DNA of 64,000 bases, from NCBI GenBank assembly GCA_963712165.1, contig CAVQGY010000005.1, positions 123,165 to 187,164 of the forward strand, read 5' to 3'. The position numbers were made by a program, and so were the translations under genes. Of the stretch, positions 33,964 to 42,907 are shown in pieces; positions within the stretch are counted from its first letter, which is position 1, and every line of letters begins with the position of its first letter. This DNA comes from an uncultured Chloroflexia bacterium. Its GTDB lineage: Bacteria; Chloroflexota; Anaerolineae; Anaerolineales; UBA11858. Under the pieces are notes generated by a model. That model had not been told where the DNA came from and made no database searches. It saw nothing but the letters and a program-made list of their open reading frames with translations.

Positions 33964-34518
33964 CTAATCCTGATCAGGATTCTCCCTCTCTAGGAGAATC
34001 CTCTGCAGGGAGGCCACTCCCCGATGCTGCAGGGCTTTTACAGACCCAAGGGATTTATCCAGGGCTTGGGCGATTTCATCAGAGCTCCAGCCTTCCAGGT
34101 ATTTCAGGGTCAGGACCTGGCGCTGTTCTGGTGTGAGCAGCCGCAGAGCTAGTCGGACGCTTTCAGTTTCTTCCTGTTCAGCCAAGAGGCCTGACGGTCC
34201 GGGACTGTCTTCTACCAGGTGATCCTCATCCAGCTCCTGGGTTGGAGGAGGTTCCCGGCGGTATAGGTCCGTGATCAAGTTATGGGTGATGCGGTAAAGA
34301 TAAGCCCGCAGGTGGTCCTGGGGGCCACCGCCGCGCTCCAAAGCTGTCAGGAATCTGCGGAAGGTCTCCGCTACGAGGTCCTCTGCAACCTGGGGTGTTC
34401 CGACATGTTTATAGGCGTATTTATAAAGAGCATCGCTGTATTGATCGTAGATAGCGGCCAGCGCTTGCTGATTGAAAGCGCGGGCACCCTTGAGAAGTTT
34501 TTCCGGATTAGTGGACAT
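33964..34518 (-). CDS. ECF (group 4) RNA polymerase sigma factor
   Basis: Region 2 YLYRITHNLITDLYRR. Region 4 LTPEQRQVLTLKYLEGWSSDEIAQALDKSLGSVKALQHRG. Confidence 0.9.
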   Translation of the reverse strand: MSTNPEKLLKGARAFNQQALAAIYDQYSDALYKYAYKHVGTPQVAEDLVAETFRRFLTALERGGGPQDHLRAYLYRITHNLITDLYRREPPPTQELDEDHLVEDSPGPSGLLAEQEETESVRLALRLLTPEQRQVLTLKYLEGWSSDEIAQALDKSLGSVKALQHRGVASLQRILLERENPDQD

Positions 34519-34602
34519 AGCTACTTAACATAAGACGCAGAAATCATGAAATAGATACGTGAATTCATGCAAGACGAATTGTAACAATAACCGCTCAGAA
34601 TA

Positions 34603-35361
34603 TCAGGAGATACTTTCGAGATTGTAATGTTGTGTGATACTCCCCCCGGAAATTTTTGCTATGTGGAGGGCATTGTCCGCCGCAGAGATCATATCTTCCA
34701 CATTTTCTGCGGAGATGTCTGGATAACAAGCAATTCCGAGGCTGATAGATAGTTTAATATCCAGCCAGGAACACTCGATTGTTTTGCCTATGATCGTATG
34801 CAGCCGGTTTCCAAATTGCTCGGCTTGCTCCCGGGTTGTATTGGGTAGGAAGAATAGGAACTCATCTCCTCCGAACCGGCAGGCCAGATCACTCTCCCGC
34901 AGGTATTCATGTATTGCCAGGCCAAATGTCTCAAGAGCCTGGTCTCCTGTGAGGTGGCCAAATTGATCATTTATCTCTTTAAAATTATCCAGATCGGCGA
35001 CGATCAGTGCGTAGGGCCACTCCTCCCTGAGAGCGACTTTATGGAAATAATTCGCCTGTTCCAAGAATTCCCGCTTTGTAAGCAGCCCGGTGAGGGAGTC
35101 ATAGGTTGCCAGCAAGCGCATGTCGGCTTCTAGTTGGTCGACCTTTAAAAAAAGGTCTATCATGTGCCAAATCATGATCGGTGCAACGCACAAGGTGACA
35201 AAAACCGCTATCCATAAACCGGCTCTTAGATTGATATCTATTCCGATCACATTAAGAATGACTTCAATAATCAGGGTAGCCAATAGGGAAACCACAACTG
35301 CAAAGGTCGAGAATAGAACAACAGTTTGGCCCCGCCCGAACTTCCTGATTAGTTCACGCAT
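34603..35361 (-). CDS. membrane-anchored diguanylate cyclase (GGDEF)
   Basis: Two N-terminal TM helices, DSLTGLLTKREF, DLDNFKEINDQFGHLTGD, RFGGDEFLF. ATG 35361 follows GGAGG. Confidence 0.88.
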   Translation of the reverse strand: MRELIRKFGRGQTVVLFSTFAVVVSLLATLIIEVILNVIGIDINLRAGLWIAVFVTLCVAPIMIWHMIDLFLKVDQLEADMRLLATYDSLTGLLTKREFLEQANYFHKVALREEWPYALIVADLDNFKEINDQFGHLTGDQALETFGLAIHEYLRESDLACRFGGDEFLFFLPNTTREQAEQFGNRLHTIIGKTIECSWLDIKLSISLGIACYPDISAENVEDMISAADNALHIAKISGGSITQHYNLESIS

Positions 35362-35506
35362 AAAACCTCCGGTTTTCCCGATTGAACATTCTATTCCAAT
35401 CAGTTTGTAACATATTAGCATTGGAAGCCGCATTTTTGACGGCCTGGAAATTACAGCTTTGTGAGGAGAAAGGCAATAAAAGAGGATATGCCTTTACAAA
35501 ACCCCT

Positions 35507-35968
35507 TTAAGTCCCTTGTTCCTGGATTCTCAGGCTCTTAATTACGGCCAGGTAGTAATGGATGCTTGCCGAACCCAACCCCCCCCCTATACCGATATAG
35601 AGGATGCCAAGTAAAGGTTTGGGAATAGGGGTGTATTTCCTTAAAGTGATACCCAGGGCGATCATGAACAGGACCAAGGGGTAACTGTGCCATTCCTGGA
35701 AAGCAAATAAACAGGGTTTCTCATCGGATAGGTTCTGTATCCGGAGGCTGTTCTTGCGGGCCAGTCTGGAAAACCCAAAATAATAGATCAATCCGGCAAG
35801 GAATAAGCCCGGGAGCCAGTAGATCCAAGTAACGTTCACCGTTGGGTTGAAGATCCAATCCCAGGCGAGGGAGACCAGGAATATGCCCACGCCGGTCCAC
35901 ATCAGCCCGGCGATCGATAACAGCCAGTTCTTGGGTAAACCAGGTTTTAGTCCTTTGAGCCAGTCCAT
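35507..35968 (-). CDS. hypothetical 4-TM membrane protein
   Basis: 153-aa ORF with four hydrophobic segments. No motif recognised. Confidence 0.55.
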   Translation of the reverse strand: MDWLKGLKPGLPKNWLLSIAGLMWTGVGIFLVSLAWDWIFNPTVNVTWIYWLPGLFLAGLIYYFGFSRLARKNSLRIQNLSDEKPCLFAFQEWHSYPLVLFMIALGITLRKYTPIPKPLLGILYIGIGGGLGSASIHYYLAVIKSLRIQEQGT

Positions 35969-36081
35969 CCCCTATTTATACCACTGGTCTCGAAGCCGGA
36001 AATGATTAGCTATCAAAAAGAATGTATACTTGTTTTATTGGAGATCTGCCAGATATGATTGGTGATTCCACGAAGGAGAAA

Positions 36082-36762
36082 ATGGTGAAGATCCCCCCTG
36101 AACTTTATGTTTTTTTATCCGACCTGAAAGAAAATAATAACCGGGCATGGTTCCAGGAGAACAAGGACCGTTATGAGAAATACCTGAAAGAGCCCTTACT
36201 GGATTTTATCGCTGCTTTTGCTGAACGGCTGCCGGCTGTCAGCCCCTATTATATGGCTGTACCCAAGGTGACCGGTGGGTCACTGTTCCGCATCTACCGC
36301 GATGTACGCTTCAGCAAAGATAAAAGACCTTTCAAGACCTGGGCTGGGATGCATTTTCGGCATGAACGCGCCAGGGATGTTCATTCTCCAGGCTTTTATA
36401 TCCACCTCGAGCCGGGGAATTCTTTTATCAGTTGTGGGATCTGGAAGCCGGATCGCGAATCACTGGAGCGGATCAGGTTGGTGGTCTCTGAACACTCCCA
36501 ACGCTGGCTGGATGCCATACAGGATCAGGAATTCTCAGCTCTCTATCGGCTAGCGGGAGAGTCCTTGAAGCGCCCTCCCCGGGGATTCGACCCTGACCAT
36601 CCGCTGATCGAGGACCTCAAACGGGTGGATTATCTGGCGTCAATCGAGATTGATGAGAAAATAGCTACTCGGGCGGACTTTTTGGATTATTATCTGGAAA
36701 CCTGCCAGGTCGCGGCACCTTTTATGCGGTTTTTGACTGAATCGATTGGATTATCCTGGTAA
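36082..36762 (+). CDS. DUF2461 (TIGR02453) family protein
   Basis: FLSDLKENNNRAWFQENKDRYEKYL and FRIYRDVRFSKDKRPFKT. ATG 36082 follows AAGGAG. Confidence 0.75.
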   Translation: MVKIPPELYVFLSDLKENNNRAWFQENKDRYEKYLKEPLLDFIAAFAERLPAVSPYYMAVPKVTGGSLFRIYRDVRFSKDKRPFKTWAGMHFRHERARDVHSPGFYIHLEPGNSFISCGIWKPDRESLERIRLVVSEHSQRWLDAIQDQEFSALYRLAGESLKRPPRGFDPDHPLIEDLKRVDYLASIEIDEKIATRADFLDYYLETCQVAAPFMRFLTESIGLSW

Positions 36763-36768
36763 TCCCCG

Positions 36769-36806
36769 AAAAGGAACAAACGCCTTCTGAGGCGTTTGTT
36801 CCTTTT
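36769..36806. terminator. bidirectional intrinsic terminator
   Basis: Perfect 16-bp stem AAAAGGAACAAACGCC / GGCGTTTGTTCCTTTT with the loop TTCTGA. Confidence 0.8.
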
Positions 36807-36844
36807 GGATCATCTACCCCCTGGGTTCTGTATCTTGACCTTTC

Positions 36845-37249
36845 TTAGTGCCTCTCCAGCTTTACAACAGGGATCACCCGGTTAGTTCTGGTTTCGTATT
36901 CAGCAAACCTGGGATAGGCTTCTTTCATCTTGTCATAAAGAACGGTCCTCTCGGGTTCTGTGGCAATTTCCGCCTTTGCAGTGTATTTCTCTTCTCCCAA
37001 CTCGACGATCACGTCCGGATTGGCTGTCAGGTTGTGGTACCAGTCTGGATGGGAATCCGCTCCTGCTTTGGAAGCGGCGATGATTTGCGCGTCATTGACT
37101 TTGATGGTCGCCACAGGATTGATCCGGAGTTGGTCCGTCTTTGCTCCCCGGGTATGCACCAGTAATAAGGTCATATTCTCAAAGAAACCTCCTACTTGCC
37201 CACCATTGGCACGGAATTCTTTGATGATCTTTTTATTAAAATCACTCAT
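36845..37249 (-). CDS. deazaflavin (F420)-dependent nitroreductase family protein (DDN/DUF385-like)
   Basis: FNKKIIKEFRANGGQVGG, LLLVHTRGAKT, HPDWYHNLTANP. Confidence 0.75.
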   Translation of the reverse strand: MSDFNKKIIKEFRANGGQVGGFFENMTLLLVHTRGAKTDQLRINPVATIKVNDAQIIAASKAGADSHPDWYHNLTANPDVIVELGEEKYTAKAEIATEPERTVLYDKMKEAYPRFAEYETRTNRVIPVVKLERH

Positions 37250-37362
37250 GATCTACCTCCAAAGGTCCAACCCTTGACCATTCTTGGATTGGGAATCTTG
37301 TTTTCCAACTTATTTGTAGATGGTGTGCGAGGTATAGTTCTTACTCTCACCAGGAAATGGAA

Positions 37363-37386
37363 AAGGGCGATGCAATGATCGCCCTT
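37363..37386 (-). terminator. intrinsic terminator after the hydro-lyase beta gene
   Basis: Stem AAGGGCGAT / ATCGCCCTT with a 6-nt loop, followed on the minus strand by TTTTCC. Confidence 0.6.
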
Positions 37387-37424
37387 AAGGAGTCTGTCCA
37401 GAGATATGATTTGGTTGAAGGAGT

Positions 37425-38045
37425 CTAATCTCCGATCAGTTCTTTTAATTTAGCCAGGGATGCCTTCTCAACTTCCTCGTGGATGCTTTTTCCGTGGGCA
37501 TCCATGGTAACAACTACCGGGAAATGATCGACTTTTAACACCCAGATCGCTTCCGGAACGCCAAAATCAAGTTTATAAACACCAATAACTTGCTCAACGG
37601 ACTCCGCGATCAATGTGGCTGCTCCTCCGATAGCGTGGAAGTATGCCCCCGGCACTTCCTGGCAGGCGCGCAGGGTGCTGGCACCCATTCCCCCTTTACC
37701 GATCACACCTCGCATATCAAAGTGATGCATCACTTCACTTTGGTAGGGTTCTTCCCTGATGCTGGTTGTTGGACCAGCAGCCACGAACTTATAATCTCCA
37801 CTATCCATTCCAGAGACAACCGGGCCGCAGTGATAGATCAAGCTTTCCTTGAAGATGGGTTTGATGGCTTCGTAAACTTCTAAATCGTCCCCCGCTGGCT
37901 CTCGCGTTTTCCGGATAAATGTATCGATCATCCATTTATGGACAGCATCTCTGCCCGTTGCCAGGATGCCTGTCAGGGCAACGGTATCTCCAGTATGCAG
38001 TTCTCGAATGATTTCCGGTGAGATGGGAATGGTAATTTCTCTCAT
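37425..38045 (-). CDS. Fe-S hydro-lyase beta-type subunit (fumarate hydratase class I C-terminal / tartrate dehydratase beta family)
   Basis: GDTVALTGILATGRDAVHKWM, VIGKGGMG, about 200 aa. No alpha subunit lies adjacent. Confidence 0.7.
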   Translation of the reverse strand: MREITIPISPEIIRELHTGDTVALTGILATGRDAVHKWMIDTFIRKTREPAGDDLEVYEAIKPIFKESLIYHCGPVVSGMDSGDYKFVAAGPTTSIREEPYQSEVMHHFDMRGVIGKGGMGASTLRACQEVPGAYFHAIGGAATLIAESVEQVIGVYKLDFGVPEAIWVLKVDHFPVVVTMDAHGKSIHEEVEKASLAKLKELIGD

Positions 38046-38049
38046 TCTT

Positions 38050-38922
38050 TTACTCCTTCAAGTATTTACTGATCAGTAAACTCAATTTTTCCTTGGTTGC
38101 AGGGGGGATAGCTGCTGGATTAGTTATGATAGCGCTTTCTAAAGCGGACTGACATCCGCAGGTGCGGTCACCTTCTGGAGGATTTTCTACCAGGTGAGCA
38201 ATCGCGTTATTGGCAAGATCTGTGTTCTTGGCAAGGATTTTCAAAACCATCTCGACAGAGACCTCATCCTCCCGGGTATGCCACACATCATAGTCGGTAA
38301 TATGAGCAATGGCTCCATAACATATCTCGGCCTCTCTGGCCAGGAAAGCTTCAGGGGCAGAAGTCATCCCGATAATGGACATGCCCCAGGCACGGTATGT
38401 GTTGGATTCTGCCCTGGTAGAGAACCGCGGTCCTTCGATGATCACAATAGATCCCTGGTCATGAACTCTTCCCCCCACTTTTCTTAATGACTGAACCAGG
38501 TGATGTGACAGGCCAGGGCAGAAGGGATCAGCTGTGCTTATATGAGCGGTGAAACCGTCCTGGAAGAAGGTATTCACCCGGCCCTTTGTCATGTCCATGA
38601 TCTGGTCAGGAACCACCAGGTCGCCGGGTTTATAATCTTCCCGCAGCGAGCCGCAGGCATTGATGCTGATAATCCGGGTCACTCCCAGAGATTTCAGGGC
38701 GTAGATATTGGCCCTGTAATTCACCTGACCGGGATTGATGGCATGTCCCTGGCCGTGTCTGGAAAGAAAAAGTATCCGCTGCCCAGCCAGATCTCCTTCC
38801 AGGATCGGGCTGCTGGGATATCCGTAAGGTGTCTCCGGGTTGTGTTCGGCGATGCGGGATAACCCGGGAATCTCATACAAACCTGATCCACCGATGACAG
38901 CAAAAAGAGGGGGTGTGTTCAT
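38050..38922 (-). CDS. mtnP: S-methyl-5'-thioadenosine phosphorylase
   Basis: FAVIGGSGLYEIPGL, LFLSRHGQGH, IIGMTSAPEAFLAREAEICY. ATG 38922 follows AAGGA. Confidence 0.88.
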   Translation of the reverse strand: MNTPPLFAVIGGSGLYEIPGLSRIAEHNPETPYGYPSSPILEGDLAGQRILFLSRHGQGHAINPGQVNYRANIYALKSLGVTRIISINACGSLREDYKPGDLVVPDQIMDMTKGRVNTFFQDGFTAHISTADPFCPGLSHHLVQSLRKVGGRVHDQGSIVIIEGPRFSTRAESNTYRAWGMSIIGMTSAPEAFLAREAEICYGAIAHITDYDVWHTREDEVSVEMVLKILAKNTDLANNAIAHLVENPPEGDRTCGCQSALESAIITNPAAIPPATKEKLSLLISKYLKE

Positions 38923-39107
38923 GATGATCCTTGAAAAATGGGCCAATTAACTCAGGTCTGGCGGCTTGATATAGAGATTATAGAAGAACCCCAATCTTTC
39001 CACAAGATTGACATTCATCACCCTTCGTTCATGAATGTGGATGGGATTAGACCAATAAATCTAAAATAGTGCTGGCAAAATGGCCTTAATTTTGTATACT
39101 GAGAGAT

Positions 39108-39533
39108 ATGATGATATCCAATAACAGTGGATTTGAGGAAGTCGCCCATACTGCGGACCTGGAAGTTAGAGCTTGGGGGGAAGATCTCGTATCTCTATTT
39201 ACCGCTGCTGCCGGAGGTATGTTCCACCTTTCTGGAATCGAGGACTATGAGGAAGGGTTTTCGTCTATCCGGGAAGAGATCTCTCTAGATGCCATGGATT
39301 TTGAAGGATTGCTGATCCTGTTTCTTGAAGAGCTTCTCTACCGCCTGACAGAAGATTATATGTTATTTGAAATCGACAAACTCACCATCAAAGATAATTT
39401 CTCCCTTAAAGCCAAGCTGCGCGGGACCCAGATCAAATCCTACCAGCGGGATATCAAAGCGGTTACTTATCATAGATTGAATATTCAAGAGACAGAGGAT
39501 GGTTATTCAGTAAATATCGTTTTTGATATTTAG
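39108..39533 (+). CDS. archease (RtcB activator)
   Basis: 141 aa. FEEVAHTADLEVRAWGEDL, ...IKAVTYHRLNI. Immediately upstream of rtcB. Confidence 0.85.
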   Translation: MMISNNSGFEEVAHTADLEVRAWGEDLVSLFTAAAGGMFHLSGIEDYEEGFSSIREEISLDAMDFEGLLILFLEELLYRLTEDYMLFEIDKLTIKDNFSLKAKLRGTQIKSYQRDIKAVTYHRLNIQETEDGYSVNIVFDI

Positions 39534-39559
39534 CACATCAATTTTAAAGGTTGTCCTGC

Positions 39560-41011
39560 ATGGTCTCCCTGACTGATCTAATACAAATTTCGAGTCATGA
39601 GTGGGAAATTCCCGTTTCCCACCGCTCGGATATGCGTGTCCCGGTGCGTATTTTTGCGTCTGAGGAGCTGCTCCAGGAGGTCACTCGAGATAAATCCCTG
39701 GAACAAGCGGTCAATGCCACTACGCTGCCAGGATTGGCAAGCCCGGTGATGGTGATGCCGGATATGCACCAGGGTTATGGTTTCCCAATCGGAGGTGTGG
39801 CAGCGACCCATTATCCTGAGGGAGTGATATCGCCTGGGGGAATTGGTTACGATATCAATTGTGGTGTGCGCTTGCTTTCCAGCCGACTGCTCTATCAGGA
39901 TGCTAGACCCCATGTAGAAGAACTGGCTGGAGCGCTCAACCAGTATTGTCCCTCAGGAGTAGGAACCGGGGGAAGGCACCGCTTCTCCTCCCGGGAGATC
40001 GAGGAAGTATGCAGGAAAGGATCCCTTTGGGCCCGCTCTGCTGGTTTTGCGAGCGAGCAGGATCTGCGGCGGACGGAAGATGGAGGACAGATCCCTGGGG
40101 CGGACCCAAGACACTTGAGTCCCCGATCCCTGAAACGCGGCAGCGGTCAGGTTGGCTCGCTGGGAGCTGGAAACCATTTCATCGAAATTGACCTGGTAGA
40201 TGAGGTTTTCGATCCCGCTGCTGCCCAGGTGATGGGTCTCCAGGAGGGATATCTTGCCTTGCAGATCCACTGCGGCTCTCGGGGATTGGGCCACCAGGTG
40301 TGTTCCGATTATGTTCAGAGCCTGCAGTCGGCTGTGGACCGCTACGGCATTCAGCTCCCGGACCGGGCATTGGTATGTGCACCTATGGATACACCGGAGG
40401 GGGAAGCTTATTTATCAGCAATGGCTTGCGCCGCCAACTTTGCTTTTGCCAATCGTCAAGTGCTCAGCCATCATGCCCGGGAAGCATTTGAAAGTGTGTT
40501 GGCAGGCAGGGTCAAGAATTGGGAGCTCAGCCTGGTTTATGACGTGGCTCATAATATTGGGAAGATTGAAACCCATTCGATTGATGGAAAGGATACCCGG
40601 GTTTGTGTGCACCGCAAAGGCGCTACCCGGGCGTTTGGTCCCGGGACAGAAGACCTGCCTTCAGAATACCGGAAGATCGGTCAGCCAGTGCTGGTTCCGG
40701 GAAGCATGGGGACCTCGTCCTGGGTGCTGCATGGCACAGAAAAAGCCATGCAGCGATCTTTAGGATCCTGCTGCCATGGGGCAGGGCGGGTGATGAGCCG
40801 TTCACAAGCGAAAAAAACCATCGTTGGGGGGGATCTGAGGGCACGCCTGGAAAAGGAAGGCATCACCATCCTGGCAGGCTCACTGGCCGGCCTGGCCGAG
40901 GAAGCGCCTGCTGCCTATAAAAACGTGGATGCAGTGGTTGATGCTGTTGTCCAGGCGGGTATTGCACTTCCGGTAGCTCGTCTAAAGCCCCTGGCGGTGA
41001 TCAAAGGCTGA
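39560..41011 (+). CDS. rtcB: RNA 3'-phosphate/2',3'-cyclic-phosphate ligase RtcB
   Basis: [55 protein letters not shown]. Confidence 0.93.
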   Translation: MVSLTDLIQISSHEWEIPVSHRSDMRVPVRIFASEELLQEVTRDKSLEQAVNATTLPGLASPVMVMPDMHQGYGFPIGGVAATHYPEGVISPGGIGYDINCGVRLLSSRLLYQDARPHVEELAGALNQYCPSGVGTGGRHRFSSREIEEVCRKGSLWARSAGFASEQDLRRTEDGGQIPGADPRHLSPRSLKRGSGQVGSLGAGNHFIEIDLVDEVFDPAAAQVMGLQEGYLALQIHCGSRGLGHQVCSDYVQSLQSAVDRYGIQLPDRALVCAPMDTPEGEAYLSAMACAANFAFANRQVLSHHAREAFESVLAGRVKNWELSLVYDVAHNIGKIETHSIDGKDTRVCVHRKGATRAFGPGTEDLPSEYRKIGQPVLVPGSMGTSSWVLHGTEKAMQRSLGSCCHGAGRVMSRSQAKKTIVGGDLRARLEKEGITILAGSLAGLAEEAPAAYKNVDAVVDAVVQAGIALPVARLKPLAVIKG

Positions 41012-41016
41012 CCCAA

Positions 41017-41496
41017 TCAACAGATCGCAGCGATCTTGCCCCGGGTAAGCTGGATCAGATCCTTTGATGCTAAGCGAATATTTAAACCGCGTTCTCCCCC
41101 GGAAATATGAATGGATTCATGATCGAGAGCTGAGCGGTCGATTATGATTTCAAATCCAAGGTTGACCAGAGCCAAAGGAGAGATGCCCCCAACTTTAAGC
41201 CGGGTTATCTTCTCTGCCTCGTTCTGGGTCGCTGGGGAGACCTTTTTTTCCCGGACTGCCAGGGCAAGCGCTTTTAGGTCGACTACCTTGTTTCCAGGGA
41301 TCACAGCCAGGATAGGTTTGCCCGGACCCCTGCGGGTGATGACAATACTCTTGAACACGATCTCAGGAGGTACGCCCAGCAGCAGGGCAGTTTCCTCCCC
41401 ACCCAATTGTTCATTTGGTAGTTCGAATACCTGATAATCGATCTTGCGATTATCCAGTAATCTGGTGACATTATTGCTGACCATTTTTGAACCCAT
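41017..41496 (-). CDS. ybaK: YbaK/EbsC-type Cys-tRNA(Pro) deacylase
   Basis: 159 aa. ...VFKSIVI...AVIPGNKVVDLKALA..., KVGGISPL, HISGGERG. Confidence 0.75.
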   Translation of the reverse strand: MGSKMVSNNVTRLLDNRKIDYQVFELPNEQLGGEETALLLGVPPEIVFKSIVITRRGPGKPILAVIPGNKVVDLKALALAVREKKVSPATQNEAEKITRLKVGGISPLALVNLGFEIIIDRSALDHESIHISGGERGLNIRLASKDLIQLTRGKIAAIC

Positions 41497-41600
41497 TTCC
41501 TTATTGTAGCAGACCGCATATTCTCGCAGTCAGTCTGGAAATATGATAAGCTATGTAGGGATTCCGTGCAGATTATCAACCATCCAAAAAGAGGTAGATC

Positions 41601-42395
41601 ATGCGGCAATATCTGGATTTAATGCAGCATATCCTGGACCAGGGTGTTGAAAAAGGGGACCGGACAGGCACTGGTACCAGAGCGGTGTTTGGCTACCAGA
41701 TGCGCTTTGATCTTGCCGAGGGATTTCCCCTGCTGACAACCAAGAAGCTGCACCTCAAATCCATCATCCATGAACTATTGTGGTTCCTGCAGGGGGACAC
41801 CAATATCAAGTATCTAAAAAAGCATGGAGTGAGGATTTGGGATGAGTGGGCTGATGAAAACGGGGAATTGGGCCCAGTCTATGGTTTCCAGTGGAGGTTC
41901 TGGCAGGATCCTGAAGGGGGAGTAGTTGACCAAATCTCTCAGGCAGTAGAACAGATCAAGACCAATCCCAATTCACGGAGGATCCTGGTCAGCGCCTGGA
42001 ATGTGGGACAGATCGAAAAAATGGCTTTACCTCCTTGCCACTTGTTATTCCAGTTTTACGTCGCTGACGGCAGGTTGTCCTGCCAGCTTTATCAGCGTTC
42101 TGCGGATGTCTTTCTGGGTGTGCCGTTTAATATAGCCTCCTACTCGCTGCTGACCATGATGATCGCCCAGGTATGTGGACTCAAGCCAGGTGATTTTGTG
42201 CACACCCTGGGTGATACGCACCTGTACCTGGACCACCTGGAAAAAGCCCGGATCCAATTGGCACGCAAGCCTTATCCCCTACCTACCATGAAGATCAACT
42301 CTGCCGTGAATTCGATCTTTGGGTTCAAATATGAGGATTTTCAATTGGAGAATTATCAAGCCCATCCCCATATCAAGGCCGAGGTATCGGTATGA
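41601..42395 (+). CDS. thyA: thymidylate synthase (ThyA)
   Basis: [45 protein letters not shown]. Confidence 0.95.
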   Translation: MRQYLDLMQHILDQGVEKGDRTGTGTRAVFGYQMRFDLAEGFPLLTTKKLHLKSIIHELLWFLQGDTNIKYLKKHGVRIWDEWADENGELGPVYGFQWRFWQDPEGGVVDQISQAVEQIKTNPNSRRILVSAWNVGQIEKMALPPCHLLFQFYVADGRLSCQLYQRSADVFLGVPFNIASYSLLTMMIAQVCGLKPGDFVHTLGDTHLYLDHLEKARIQLARKPYPLPTMKINSAVNSIFGFKYEDFQLENYQAHPHIKAEVSV

Positions 42396-42892
42396 TCCTG
42401 TCCATCATTGCCGCGTTGGATGAACAGGGAGGGATAGGATTCCAGAATCGAATACCATGGCATCTGCCAGGAGATCTAGCCCGCTTCAAAATGATAACCA
42501 TGGGACATCATCTTCTTCTGGGAAGGAAAACCTATCAATCGATCGGCAAACCTCTCCCGGGAAGGAAGATGGTCGTTTTATCCAGGGATCCGGAGTATAG
42601 GCTTGAAGGAAGCCTGGTGGCTTCCTCTTTGCAGGAAGGTCTGCAAATGGCCCGTGATGCGGGTGAGAATGAGGTTTTCCTGATTGGTGGGGGTGAGATC
42701 TATAAAATGGCACTGCCGATCGTTGACAGGATGTATTTAACAGTAGTGCATACTACCAGCCAGGCGGATGTTTTTTTCCCCGATTATGAGCCCAATGATT
42801 GGCTGAAGATCTGCCAGCAGGAGTATTCTGCAGACCAGGACAATCCCCTTGGGTACACTTTCCAGTACTTGATCCGGAAGATTTCCCCCTGA
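42392..42892 (+). CDS. folA: dihydrofolate reductase
   Basis: ATGA overlap with thy[43 protein letters not shown]. Confidence 0.92.
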   Translation: MILSIIAALDEQGGIGFQNRIPWHLPGDLARFKMITMGHHLLLGRKTYQSIGKPLPGRKMVVLSRDPEYRLEGSLVASSLQEGLQMARDAGENEVFLIGGGEIYKMALPIVDRMYLTVVHTTSQADVFFPDYEPNDWLKICQQEYSADQDNPLGYTFQYLIRKISP

Positions 42893-42907
42893 TCCATATC
42901 TTCTGAT

